Part shown: piece after piece, positions 1 through 8,287 of the stretch
Layout of the letters: each line of letters opens with the position of its first letter
Numbering within the stretch: position 1 is the first letter of the stretch
Assembly (NCBI GenBank): GCA_002424095.1
Contig: DIPL01000001.1
Span: forward strand, 2,184 to 66,183
Source: Christensenella sp. UBA5489
GTDB taxonomy: Bacteria > Bacillota > Clostridia > Christensenellales > UBA1242
Direction: 5' to 3'
DNA length: 64,000 bases
Translations under genes and position numbers: made by a program
Notes under the pieces: model-generated
The model's database searches: none
Seen by the model: only the letters and a program-made list of their open reading frames with translations
Told to the model about the DNA's origin: nothing

Positions 1-635
1 ATTTTTGGCAATTTTGCAATAAACAAGATATTGAAACAAAAGAATATGTTAAGGAAGGATATTTTCCGAAATTTAGCGATAAAGGTGATACTATTGCCCA
101 GATTGTAACGAGTGGACCAGTCGATGAAGAAAAAAATAATATTAAAGAAGCAATGATTAAAATGATAAACGGCGCACAAAAATCCATAGTTTTACAAACA
201 CCATATTTCTCACCTGATGAAGTTTTTATGAACGCACTTAAACAAGCAATAAAAAGCGGTGTAAAAGTTACACTTATGCTTCCGAAAATCCCAGATAAAA
301 AAATTGTATATCTTGCATCTCTTTCATTCGCAAAAGAGATTGTCGAGATGGGTGGAGATTTTTTTCTTTATAAAGGATTTATGCACAGCAAAGTTTTAAT
401 TGCCGATAATAAATCAATGTGTATAGGAACTTGCAATGCAGATTATCGTTCTTTTTCATTAAATTTCGAAATTACAGCAATTTTATATGATAGCAAACTT
501 ATAAGAGAGCATCTAAAAGAAATTGAAAAAGATTTAAAAAATAGCCAACGAATTGATTTGATTTACTATAAAAATCGTCCGCTTTACACTAAATTCGGAC
601 AAGTTGTTTTCAGACTTTTTGCTCCTTTATTTTAA
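1..635 (+). CDS. cls: Cardiolipin synthase, C-terminal part (5' end outside window)
   Basis: Frame open from window start; QIVTSGP, QTPYF, second PLD motif HSKVLIAD and GTCNADYRSFSLNFE. Confidence 0.9.
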   Translation, partial: FWQFCNKQDIETKEYVKEGYFPKFSDKGDTIAQIVTSGPVDEEKNNIKEAMIKMINGAQKSIVLQTPYFSPDEVFMNALKQAIKSGVKVTLMLPKIPDKKIVYLASLSFAKEIVEMGGDFFLYKGFMHSKVLIADNKSMCIGTCNADYRSFSLNFEITAILYDSKLIREHLKEIEKDLKNSQRIDLIYYKNRPLYTKFGQVVFRLFAPLF

Positions 636-720
636 AAAACGCAAATTTTTTAAGAAATGAAGTCAATAATAAATTAAAATTAAAAATAAATTTAAAATTA
701 AAAAAGAATTTGGAGAATGT

Positions 721-1275
721 ATGGAATGGTCAAGTGAAAATTGTAGAAATCAATTTATAAAATTAAGAAAATCAATGCTGAGAAAAATTGAAAGAGCAGA
801 TTCAGGAAAAAGAGAAGAAATAATCATTGATAATTATAATGATGTTTGTTTAAAAGCAGTAAGCAATGATCCAATTGCTCAGGATCTTCTCGCCTACATT
901 TTCAAAAAAGGTTTTGAAAATGTAATTCCAGTAAATTATGAAAAATATATGCAATGGGAAATTCTAGCAGCAGGAAGCGGAAACAATTTTGCAATTGATA
1001 AATTATCATTGTTTTTAAATGTTGCTTTAAATGAAATTATGTTTGCCGAAGATTTTGGATATATTTTGGTAAGAAATGAACTGAACAATAAAAATTATAA
1101 TTATATAGTCGGAAAACTTATATGCGAAGCAATTGCGGATGAACTGCGTCTGGTTCCTGAAAAACTTATCAAAGATGAATTAAGGCATCAAGAATTCGAA
1201 GCGAAAATAATGAGAACTTTCGACAGAGCCAGAAAATTTGCAATACCAAAAGTGCTCAAATTTTTAAGAAGTTAA
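721..1275 (+). CDS. Hypothetical protein, 184 aa, predicted helical
   Basis: ORF with GGAG RBS; no recognised family. Confidence 0.65.
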   Translation: MEWSSENCRNQFIKLRKSMLRKIERADSGKREEIIIDNYNDVCLKAVSNDPIAQDLLAYIFKKGFENVIPVNYEKYMQWEILAAGSGNNFAIDKLSLFLNVALNEIMFAEDFGYILVRNELNNKNYNYIVGKLICEAIADELRLVPEKLIKDELRHQEFEAKIMRTFDRARKFAIPKVLKFLRS

Positions 1276-1362
1276 GTTTAATTTTTAAGGAAAATAAAAA
1301 GATTTTTCTTTAATCTTTAAAAGTTAAGTTAAGCGTAATTTTTTAATATTGTCGAAAAAACA

Positions 1363-1391
1363 TTGACAACTTTGCTTGTATGTGTTATATT
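1363..1391 (+). promoter_or_regulatory. Sigma-A promoter of rpmG-secE-nusG operon
   Basis: TTGACA-N17-TATATT with TG extended -10. Confidence 0.7.
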
Positions 1392-1435
1392 AATCAATAA
1401 CACTCCAATTTGGAGTTTTTTTAACGGGGGAGAAT

Positions 1436-1606
1436 ATGGCGAAAAAGAAAAGTCAGATTAATGAAAGAATAATGCTTGCCTGCACAGAATGTAAAGAGCG
1501 AAATTATGCCACAACCAAAAATAAAAGAAACAATCCAGAAAGAATTGAATTGAGTAAGTTTTGTTCAAGATGTGGAAAAAGAACACCGCATAAAGAAACG
1601 AAATAA
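1436..1606 (+). CDS. rpmG: 50S ribosomal protein L33, zinc-ribbon form (not in ORF track)
   Basis: Manual translation [66 protein letters not shown]; upstream of secE. Confidence 0.95.
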   Translation: MAKKKSQINERIMLACTECKERNYATTKNKRNNPERIELSKFCSRCGKRTPHKETK

Positions 1607-1712
1607 GTCGTTTTAAAAATTATTATTTTAAGTATTTTAATTGTAAAATTGATGTAAAATAATTTTAGAAAATTAAATATAAAGCATAAAAATTTCAATG
1701 GAGGTTTTGAAG

Positions 1713-2240
1713 ATGCCTAGCAAAAAAAATAAGAAAATATTAAGGCAAAAGGCAAAGGGCGAGAAAAAGGCTATAAGTAAAGAAACGCTCAAAACAGAAG
1801 CGGTTAAAAATGCAAAAGAGACTAAAAAAATAGCCGAGAATGAAATCGCCGAAACTAAGACGGTTGGAATTGTGTCGACAGAAAATGCTGATGTTTTAGA
1901 AATTTCGCAGGAAGAAATTAATCAAAACGAGATACCTTCCGAAGGCAAAGCAGAACAAAAAACAAAAGAGAGTTCCGCCAAAGCAATTGTTGCTAAGTCT
2001 GAAAAAGATGAAACAACCAAACAAACAAAAGCAAAAAAAGTAAAGAAACCTTCAAAGGTAAAAAAGAAAACAAAAGAAGTTTTTTCCGAACTTAAAAAAG
2101 TCATTTGGCCAACATTTCCGAAAGTTGTTAAAAAAACAGGCACTGTAATAGTTGTCGTTTTGGCATTCGCTGTGGTTTTGCTTGGCATTGATACGCTTTT
2201 GGAGTTGGCACACAGTTGGTTTTTTAGTAAATTGAATTAA
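1713..2240 (+). CDS. secE: Preprotein translocase SecE with long charged N-terminal extension
   Basis: C-terminal FSELKKVIWP motif plus TM helix; between rpmG and nusG; start after GGAGG. Confidence 0.9.
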   Translation: MPSKKNKKILRQKAKGEKKAISKETLKTEAVKNAKETKKIAENEIAETKTVGIVSTENADVLEISQEEINQNEIPSEGKAEQKTKESSAKAIVAKSEKDETTKQTKAKKVKKPSKVKKKTKEVFSELKKVIWPTFPKVVKKTGTVIVVVLAFAVVLLGIDTLLELAHSWFFSKLN

Positions 2241-2254
2241 AATAAGGGGTAAAA

Positions 2255-2770
2255 ATGGAAGAAGCAAAGTGGTATGCATTGCACACTTTTTCGGGATATG
2301 AAAATGTCGCAAAAGAAAATCTTGAAACAGTTGTTGAGAAATTCAATTTGCAAGATAGAATTTTTGATATTATAATTCCAGTCGAAGAAGCAATTGAAGA
2401 AAGAAAAGGCAAGAAAAAACTTGTGCAACGAAAAATAATGCCTTGCTATCTTTTGGTTAAAATGATATATGGCGATGACCTATGGCACAATATAACTAGA
2501 ACCAGAGGAATCACTGGATTTGTTGGACCGAAAGGACGCCCTCTTGCATTAACAGAAGATGAAGTCAGAAAAATGCGACTTGAAAAAATCACTGTAAATC
2601 TTGATTTAAACAAGGGCGATAAAATTGAAATAATTGACGGACCACTTAATAACTTTGTTGGCGTAGTCGATTTAGTTAATAAAGAAAATAATAAGGTTAA
2701 AGTTATAGTCGAAATGTTTGGTAGGGAAACACCTGTTGACCTCGATTATAGCCAAATAAGAAAAATATAA
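2255..2770 (+). CDS. nusG: Transcription termination/antitermination factor NusG
   Basis: KWYALHTFSGYEN, TGFVG, KOW region and MFGRETPV. Confidence 0.97.
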   Translation: MEEAKWYALHTFSGYENVAKENLETVVEKFNLQDRIFDIIIPVEEAIEERKGKKKLVQRKIMPCYLLVKMIYGDDLWHNITRTRGITGFVGPKGRPLALTEDEVRKMRLEKITVNLDLNKGDKIEIIDGPLNNFVGVVDLVNKENNKVKVIVEMFGRETPVDLDYSQIRKI

Positions 2771-2858
2771 TTAAAATTATAGAAAAATTCAATATTAAAA
2801 CGGTATAAACAGAAATGTTTCGTTAAAACGAATCAATCTGATTATATATAAATTAAAA

Positions 2859-2892
2859 GTGGGAGGAATGTATGCCACATTTCAACAACCAC
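2859..2892 (+). promoter_or_regulatory. L1-binding autoregulatory leader of rplK-rplA
   Basis: GTGG-GAG...ACCAC stem enclosing AATGT/ACATT hairpin, immediately before the rplK RBS. Confidence 0.7.
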
Positions 2893-2905
2893 AAAAGGAG
2901 AAAAA

Positions 2906-3361
2906 ATGGCAAAAAAATTAAAAGTTAGTGCAATTGTAAAATTGCAATTAGAGGCAGGAAAAGCAACGGCAGGTCCTCCGGTTGGCTCATCACTCGGTCC
3001 ACACGGAATTCAAATAATGTCGTTTGTGAAAGAATTCAATGAAAAAACTGCTTCACAGGCAGGTATGGTAATTCCTGTCGTTATCACGATTTATCAAGAT
3101 AGGAGTTTTACTTTCATAATGAAAACTCCGCCAGCGCCGGTTTTGATTAAAAAAGCTCTTAAAATTAATAAAGGCTCGCCAAAACCAAATCAGGATAAAG
3201 TTGGTGAATTAACGGAACAGCAAGTTGAAGAAATTGCAAAGATAAAAATGCCCGACCTCAATGCTGCGAGTTTAGAATCTGCAAAAAGTATGATTAAAGG
3301 TTCGGCACGTAGTATGGGCGTTAAGATGAAAGAGGAGGGTGAAAAAGATGGCAGTAAGTAA
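2906..3361 (+). CDS. rplK: 50S ribosomal protein L11
   Basis: AGKAT.GPPVG..LG, GSARSMG. Confidence 0.97.
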   Translation: MAKKLKVSAIVKLQLEAGKATAGPPVGSSLGPHGIQIMSFVKEFNEKTASQAGMVIPVVITIYQDRSFTFIMKTPPAPVLIKKALKINKGSPKPNQDKVGELTEQQVEEIAKIKMPDLNAASLESAKSMIKGSARSMGVKMKEEGEKDGSK

Positions 3362-4034
3362 AAGATTTGCGGAAGCAAAAAAAGCAGTTGATACATCCAA
3401 ACTCTATGAAATTGAAGAGGCAATAGAACTTGCAAAAAACACATCAAAAACAAAATTTGATGAAACTCTTGAACTTCATTTAAAACTTGGCGTCGATGGT
3501 CGTAATGCTGACCAACAAGTGCGTGGTGTGGTTGTATTACCGAACGGAACGGGAAAATCAGTTAAAGTTCTCGTTATAGCACGTGGCGAAAAGGCCGAAG
3601 AAGCAAAAAAGGCAGGTGCTGATTTTGTAGGTGGCGAAGAAATTGTTGCCAAAATTCAAGGAGAAAATTGGCTTGGTTTTGACGTTTGTATAACAACGCC
3701 AGATATGATGGGTATAATTGGAAAAATTGCAAAAATACTTGGACCAAAAGGACTTATGCCAAATCCTAAATCAGGAACTGTAACCAACGATGTTGTTAAA
3801 GCCTTAAACGATGTAAAAAAAGGAAAAGTTGAATATCGACTTGACAAATTCAACAATGTCCACGTTTCAATTGGTAAAGTAAGTTTTGAAACAAAGAAAC
3901 TTTTGGAAAATTATGAAGCACTTATGCAGGCGATTATAAAGGCAAAACCTGCATCGGCGAAAGGTCAATATATTAAAAATGCTACTTTATGCACGACAAT
4001 GGGACCAGGAATAAAACTCAACGCAAGAAGTTAA
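3348..4034 (+). CDS. rplA: 50S ribosomal protein L1
   Basis: [23 protein letters not shown]; start at ATG after GAGGAGG. Confidence 0.97.
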   Translation: MAVSKRFAEAKKAVDTSKLYEIEEAIELAKNTSKTKFDETLELHLKLGVDGRNADQQVRGVVVLPNGTGKSVKVLVIARGEKAEEAKKAGADFVGGEEIVAKIQGENWLGFDVCITTPDMMGIIGKIAKILGPKGLMPNPKSGTVTNDVVKALNDVKKGKVEYRLDKFNNVHVSIGKVSFETKKLLENYEALMQAIIKAKPASAKGQYIKNATLCTTMGPGIKLNARS

Positions 4035-4040
4035 AGTAAA

Positions 4041-4090
4041 AAGCAAAGAATTGTGAAAGGTGAATTTCGTTTTCAATTCTTTGTTTTTTT
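4041..4090 (+). terminator. Intrinsic terminator after rplA
   Basis: AAGCAAAGAATTG / CAATTCTTTGTTT inverted repeat followed by T-run. Confidence 0.7.
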
Positions 4091-4280
4091 TATTTAATGA
4101 TATAAGTTTTTAGTTTACAGAAAACATATTTAATTGAACGAACATTTAATACGAAACAGCGAAAGAGAATTTTTTAAACTCTGCAACGAATTATTCTTGC
4201 ATCGGATTTTATTTAAGTCCGAACTTCGTCGCCTTTTTTTTATATTTTTTTAACTTATAAAATAATAACAAATAAAAATC

Positions 4281-4309
4281 TTGACATAGATAAAGAAAAA
4301 TGTTAGAAT
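4281..4309 (+). promoter_or_regulatory. Sigma-A promoter of rplU-prp-rpmA
   Basis: TTGACA-N17-TAGAAT with TG extension. Confidence 0.75.
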
Positions 4310-4317
4310 AAGTTTGT

Positions 4318-4420
4318 TATGCCGCTTGATGCAGGTTTAAGTTTTTTGTTTTATAATTTGAATTCAAGATTAAACTTTAAATTTAATTTTTAAAAACAAA
4401 AACACCTTCAACAGCGAGTT
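4318..4420 (+). ncRNA. Probable L21 leader RNA with long AT-rich inserted stem
   Basis: GCCGC...CAGGT...CACCT...GCGAG pattern in the rplU 5' UTR; internal GTTTTTTGTTTT/AAAACAAAAAC stem. Confidence 0.55.
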
Positions 4421-4439
4421 TCTTTAAGGAGGAATTTTA

Positions 4440-4742
4440 ATGTACGCAGTAATCCAAACCGGAGGCAAACAATATAAAGTAAGCGTTGGCGATATTGTAG
4501 AAATTGAAAAACAAGAAGCAAACGTTGGCGATACACTGACTTTTGATGCCATTTTTGTAAGCGATAATAATCAAATCAAAATTGGCAAAAATGCTAGCAA
4601 CGTGAAAGTTAGTGCCGAAGTTGTAGAGCAGGGAAGAGCAGATAAAGTCATTGTTTTTAAATACAGTCCTAAAAAACGTACTAGAAAAAAATACGGACAT
4701 AGACAACCTTTCACATCAATAAACATAACTAAAATAGGCTAG
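4440..4742 (+). CDS. rplU: 50S ribosomal protein L21
   Basis: MYAVIQTGGKQYKV, GHRQPFT. Confidence 0.97.
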   Translation: MYAVIQTGGKQYKVSVGDIVEIEKQEANVGDTLTFDAIFVSDNNQIKIGKNASNVKVSAEVVEQGRADKVIVFKYSPKKRTRKKYGHRQPFTSINITKIG

Positions 4743-4769
4743 GAAATATAAAAAAATTATAGAAGTAAT

Positions 4770-5105
4770 ATGACAACAATAAAAATTTTTAAACAAAAAA
4801 AAATGATTATAAGCATTGAGTGCAGTGGGCATTCTGGATATGCTGAAAAAGGTAGCGACATTGTTTGCAGTGCAATTTCAGCAATAATAGGAACTTGTTA
4901 TCTCGGCTTGAAAAACGTTGTCAAGGCTGAATTTAAACATAGTCAAGATGACGAAAAAGGATATTTTCTTATTAAAATTAATGAAAATTTAGATACAATT
5001 TTAATGGAGAAAGCACAAATAATCCTTCAAACAACAGTACTGAGTTTAACTGAATTGTCAAAAGATTATAAGAAATTTGTAACTATAAAACTTATAATTG
5101 AATGA
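4770..5105 (+). CDS. prp: Ribosomal-processing cysteine protease Prp (YsxB)
   Basis: GHSGY...DIVCSAIS; between rplU and rpmA. Confidence 0.93.
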   Translation: MTTIKIFKQKKMIISIECSGHSGYAEKGSDIVCSAISAIIGTCYLGLKNVVKAEFKHSQDDEKGYFLIKINENLDTILMEKAQIILQTTVLSLTELSKDYKKFVTIKLIIE

Positions 5106-5167
5106 TTAAAAATATCATAAGTTTAAAAAATTTAAGCAACTTGAAAATATAAAAGGGGACAAGAAAA

Positions 5168-5443
5168 ATGAAATTTATTAATTTGCAATTTTTTGCAACG
5201 AAAAAGGGAGGCGGCAGCAGTAGAAACGGACGTGATAGCCAATCGAAACGTCTAGGCGTTAAAGTTGGTGCAGGGCAAAATGTCGCAGCAGGTTCCATTA
5301 TTTTACGACAGCGTGGAACCAAAATATATCCTGGAACGAACGTTGGTTTAGGAAAAGACCACACATTATTTGCTTTGATTAACGGTTGCGTTAAATTCGA
5401 ACAAAAAAATGGAAGAAAAGTGGCAAGTGTCTATGCCGCATAA
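5168..5443 (+). CDS. rpmA: 50S ribosomal protein L27 with Prp-cleaved N-terminal extension
   Basis: [20 protein letters not shown]. Confidence 0.97.
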   Translation: MKFINLQFFATKKGGGSSRNGRDSQSKRLGVKVGAGQNVAAGSIILRQRGTKIYPGTNVGLGKDHTLFALINGCVKFEQKNGRKVASVYAA

Positions 5444-5494
5444 AATTTTATTTAATTTTAAAATTAATTAAATAACAAAAACCTAACAACAAAT

Positions 5495-6352
5495 ATGAGA
5501 GAAAAAAAAGAAAGTTTTATTATAAATAAAGAGAAAATTAATATTGCCCAAACTTTAAAGTGCGGGCAAATTTTTTCATATAGACAAATAAGTTTCAATC
5601 CTGATAACTTCATTATTTTTTCAAGCAATAAAAAAGCCGAAGTTTATGAAATGAAAGAGCATTATAAAATTTGCACGGACAATGTGCCTTATTTTCAAAA
5701 TTTTTTTGACTTAGAAACGGATTATGAAAAAATAAAAAGTATACTTAGTAAAGATAAAATGTTGGTTAAGCCGATTGAGTTTGGCGGTGGAATAAGAATT
5801 TTAAGACAAGACTTGCTCGAAGTTATAATTTCTTTTGTCTTTTCCGCAAATAATAATATAAAAAGAATCACTGAAAGTTTATTCGCACTACGCCAAAAAT
5901 TCGGAAAGCACTACGGTGATTATGAGATTTTTCCTTCACTTAAACAGTTGAGCGAAATTACAGCTGAGCAATTCAAGGAAATTGGAGCAGGGTATCGTGC
6001 TGAACAATTAGTCAAATTGATTGAGCAATTGCAAAAAATAAATTTTGATGAATTAAAACATTTAAGTTCGGACAAGATTTTGAAAAAATTAATTGATTTG
6101 AGCGGTATTGGACCAAAAGTTGCTGATTGTATTTTGCTTTTCGGATTTAACCGCACCGATGTTTTTCCTGTCGACACTTGGATTGAAAAAGCATTTAAAA
6201 ATTTTTATGAGTCCGATTTAAAAAATACAAATCATTGGAGCAGAGCGGAAATCAGAAAGTTTTTAACAGAAAGATATGGAAATCTTGCAGGTTATGCTCA
6301 GCAATATCTTTTTAATTATCAAAGAAATTTCCACAATAGACAAATAATATAA
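5495..6352 (+). CDS. ogg: 8-oxoguanine DNA glycosylase (HhH-GPD family)
   Basis: TLKCGQIF, SANNNIKRI, GAGYRA, GIGPKVADC, FPVDTWI, AGYAQQYLF. Confidence 0.9.
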   Translation: MREKKESFIINKEKINIAQTLKCGQIFSYRQISFNPDNFIIFSSNKKAEVYEMKEHYKICTDNVPYFQNFFDLETDYEKIKSILSKDKMLVKPIEFGGGIRILRQDLLEVIISFVFSANNNIKRITESLFALRQKFGKHYGDYEIFPSLKQLSEITAEQFKEIGAGYRAEQLVKLIEQLQKINFDELKHLSSDKILKKLIDLSGIGPKVADCILLFGFNRTDVFPVDTWIEKAFKNFYESDLKNTNHWSRAEIRKFLTERYGNLAGYAQQYLFNYQRNFHNRQII

Positions 6353-6412
6353 TTAATTTTGTTGAAAAAAATTTTTATGCAAATTGTCTGAATTTTTAAA
6401 AAATCATACAAA

Positions 6413-6458
6413 TATGTCATAAAAATGGCGAATTTTTTTAACCTTATGTTATTATAAT
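6413..6458 (+). promoter_or_regulatory. Putative activator-dependent (late-type) promoter, copy 1
   Basis: TATGTC-N28-TGTTATTATAAT without a canonical -35; identical spacing to the site upstream of terS. Confidence 0.45.
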
Positions 6459-6499
6459 TTTAAATTTTAATGTTACAAATTTAATATTGTCATATTTTA

Positions 6500-6528
6500 T
6501 TGACAATATTATTTTCTATTATTATAAT
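6500..6528 (+). promoter_or_regulatory. Consensus sigma-A promoter of the ArpU/RinA-like regulator
   Basis: TTGACA(6500-6505)-N17-TATAAT(6523-6528). Confidence 0.8.
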
Positions 6529-6538
6529 ATTAAAAAAT

Positions 6539-6552
6539 AGAACAAACGTTCG
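6539..6552 (+). promoter_or_regulatory. LexA (SOS/Cheo) box
   Basis: AGAACAAACGTTCG matches the Firmicutes GAAC-N4-GTTC operator, just downstream of the predicted start site. Confidence 0.75.
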
Positions 6553-6651
6553 ACGGCTGGTAACGATTTTGCAAAAATATTATACAAAATATATACTATA
6601 TTTATCATAATTTTTGACACGAACGTTAAAAGATAAAAATTTCAGGAGGGA

Positions 6652-7206
6652 GTGAATATGTACACTCAAAATATGGTAAAGACTTTATTTACAGTTTATA
6701 GATTTTTAGAAAGATTAGCAAATTCAATAGATAGAATCATCAACACAAGGGCGGTAAATGCCTGCTTTGTACATTTGGAAAATACAGCTTATAATTATGT
6801 TGAAAAAGTTGCCGATGATATAATGGAACTCACACAAAGAAAGATAACTTTAATAAATTTAAAAGTCATTACTGATAATATATTAGAAAACATTAATCAG
6901 GATTTTGCAAGATTTGTTATAATGAAATACATAGAAGATAGGTCGATTTTTGAAATTTCAGATGCCCTTGAAGTGAGTATGCGTACGCTTTCAAGGTGGA
7001 ATAATAACGCTATAATCAAAGGTGCTTTGTATTTGCGAGGAAACGGCTTAACGTTAAATGTTATGGTTGATTTAATTAAAAACGAAAACTGGATAGTACA
7101 AGTATTTAATGAATTTAATAAAAAGACGAGAGAAAAATTATGCATTGATAAAAATATAAAGATAATTCAACGGGCTTGCAAAGAATATAATAAATTTTTA
7201 TGTTAA
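6652..7206 (+). CDS. ArpU/RinA-like phage late transcriptional activator (sigma-region-4-like HTH)
   Basis: GGAGG RBS with GTG start; helical N-terminus then FVIMKYIEDRSIFEISDALEVSMRTLSRW HTH. Confidence 0.6.
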   Translation: MNMYTQNMVKTLFTVYRFLERLANSIDRIINTRAVNACFVHLENTAYNYVEKVADDIMELTQRKITLINLKVITDNILENINQDFARFVIMKYIEDRSIFEISDALEVSMRTLSRWNNNAIIKGALYLRGNGLTLNVMVDLIKNENWIVQVFNEFNKKTREKLCIDKNIKIIQRACKEYNKFLC

Positions 7207-7325
7207 GATATAAAAATAATTTTTAAATTTATAATATGCTAGTTTCAAAAATGCAAGAGCAGTCTAAGGAATTTATCAAACAAAAACAAGATAAGTTTTT
7301 AATTTAAAATCTCATAAAAATTTCA

Positions 7326-8189
7326 TCATTCATCAAATTCATAATATTCACTTCTTTTTAGACGGTTTAATTTCTTTTTTGGTTTTTTGCCATTATCAAT
7401 AATGAGTTTTGTTGGCTTGAAAAGTAAATAAATTATAAAAAGGCAGGGTAGGCAAGCACAAATAATAATAATGACTTTCAATTCATCACTTAAAACAATT
7501 TCGTTTGGACTTGTATTACTTAGCGGAAAAAGTTCACCAGAAAAAGCTGGTAATTCTTCGGCATTTTTTTCAACCGACACATTCGCTGGAAAGCAAAGTG
7601 GTTTATATAAATAGCCATAATATACTCCATCATTGCTGGTATATTTGCTATAATACCAAACATCCACGCCAAGTTGAGGCACTAGAATATCGCCCGTTTT
7701 TTCGCCATAATAAGTTAAATCTTCCTGCAAAAAAGGTACAGTAATATCAGAATCAGCAGATATTTTTGGAGACTTTTTTAATTCAAGTCCGCCAGTTGAA
7801 TAAATGCCAATTGTCAAATTATCTGCAAAAGGTTTGATAGGCGTTCCTTCAACTGCAAAAACTTGATTTTTTTTAACATAACCTAAAATATCCATATAAT
7901 ATGCTTTATAAAATAAATTGCCATCATCGTTTGCGTTGTCGGTTAGCAAAACAAAGTAACTTTGCGGAATGCAAAATATTTTGTATTCATCACTATTCAT
8001 AGGTTGAGAATAAAGAAAAACATTATCATTTTTTATTTTCGCATAGACGTTTTCATAAGCGAATAAATTTTTTGGTTGCAAAGAAATAAAAAGTGGAGAA
8101 ATCACAAACATAAAAGAAAATATAATGATAAAAATTTCCGCATATTTAAAAATTATAAAATTGCGTAAAAAAGCAGTGTTATATTTCAT
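7326..8189 (-). CDS. Membrane-anchored protein with probable SH3b-like domains
   Basis: N-terminal hydrophobic segment, SH3b-like motifs (FYKAYYMDILGYVKK; WYYSKY...YGYLY), C-terminal TM plus basic tail. Confidence 0.55.
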   Translation of the reverse strand: MKYNTAFLRNFIIFKYAEIFIIIFSFMFVISPLFISLQPKNLFAYENVYAKIKNDNVFLYSQPMNSDEYKIFCIPQSYFVLLTDNANDDGNLFYKAYYMDILGYVKKNQVFAVEGTPIKPFADNLTIGIYSTGGLELKKSPKISADSDITVPFLQEDLTYYGEKTGDILVPQLGVDVWYYSKYTSNDGVYYGYLYKPLCFPANVSVEKNAEELPAFSGELFPLSNTSPNEIVLSDELKVIIIICACLPCLFIIYLLFKPTKLIIDNGKKPKKKLNRLKRSEYYEFDE

Positions 8190-8287
8190 TAAATGAATAT
8201 TAACATATTTTAAAAAAGCGAAAATGGCTTTTTATGATTTTTTTTAGCAAAAAAACAAAAATCTATAATAAATTGGAGAAATGTAAA

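Noticed and set aside
1350..1356. Spo0A box TGTCGAA upstream of rpmG promoter (another at 54695-54701)
   Set aside because: Single 7-mers are expected by chance; insufficient without conservation data
4151..4241. tRNA gene
   Set aside because: Cloverleaf-like, but lacks the TTCRA T-loop, D-loop GG and a proper anticodon arm
8234..8287. Track start for terL at 8234
   Set aside because: No RBS; GGAG at 8275-8278 and TATAAT at 8264-8269 favour TTG at 8288
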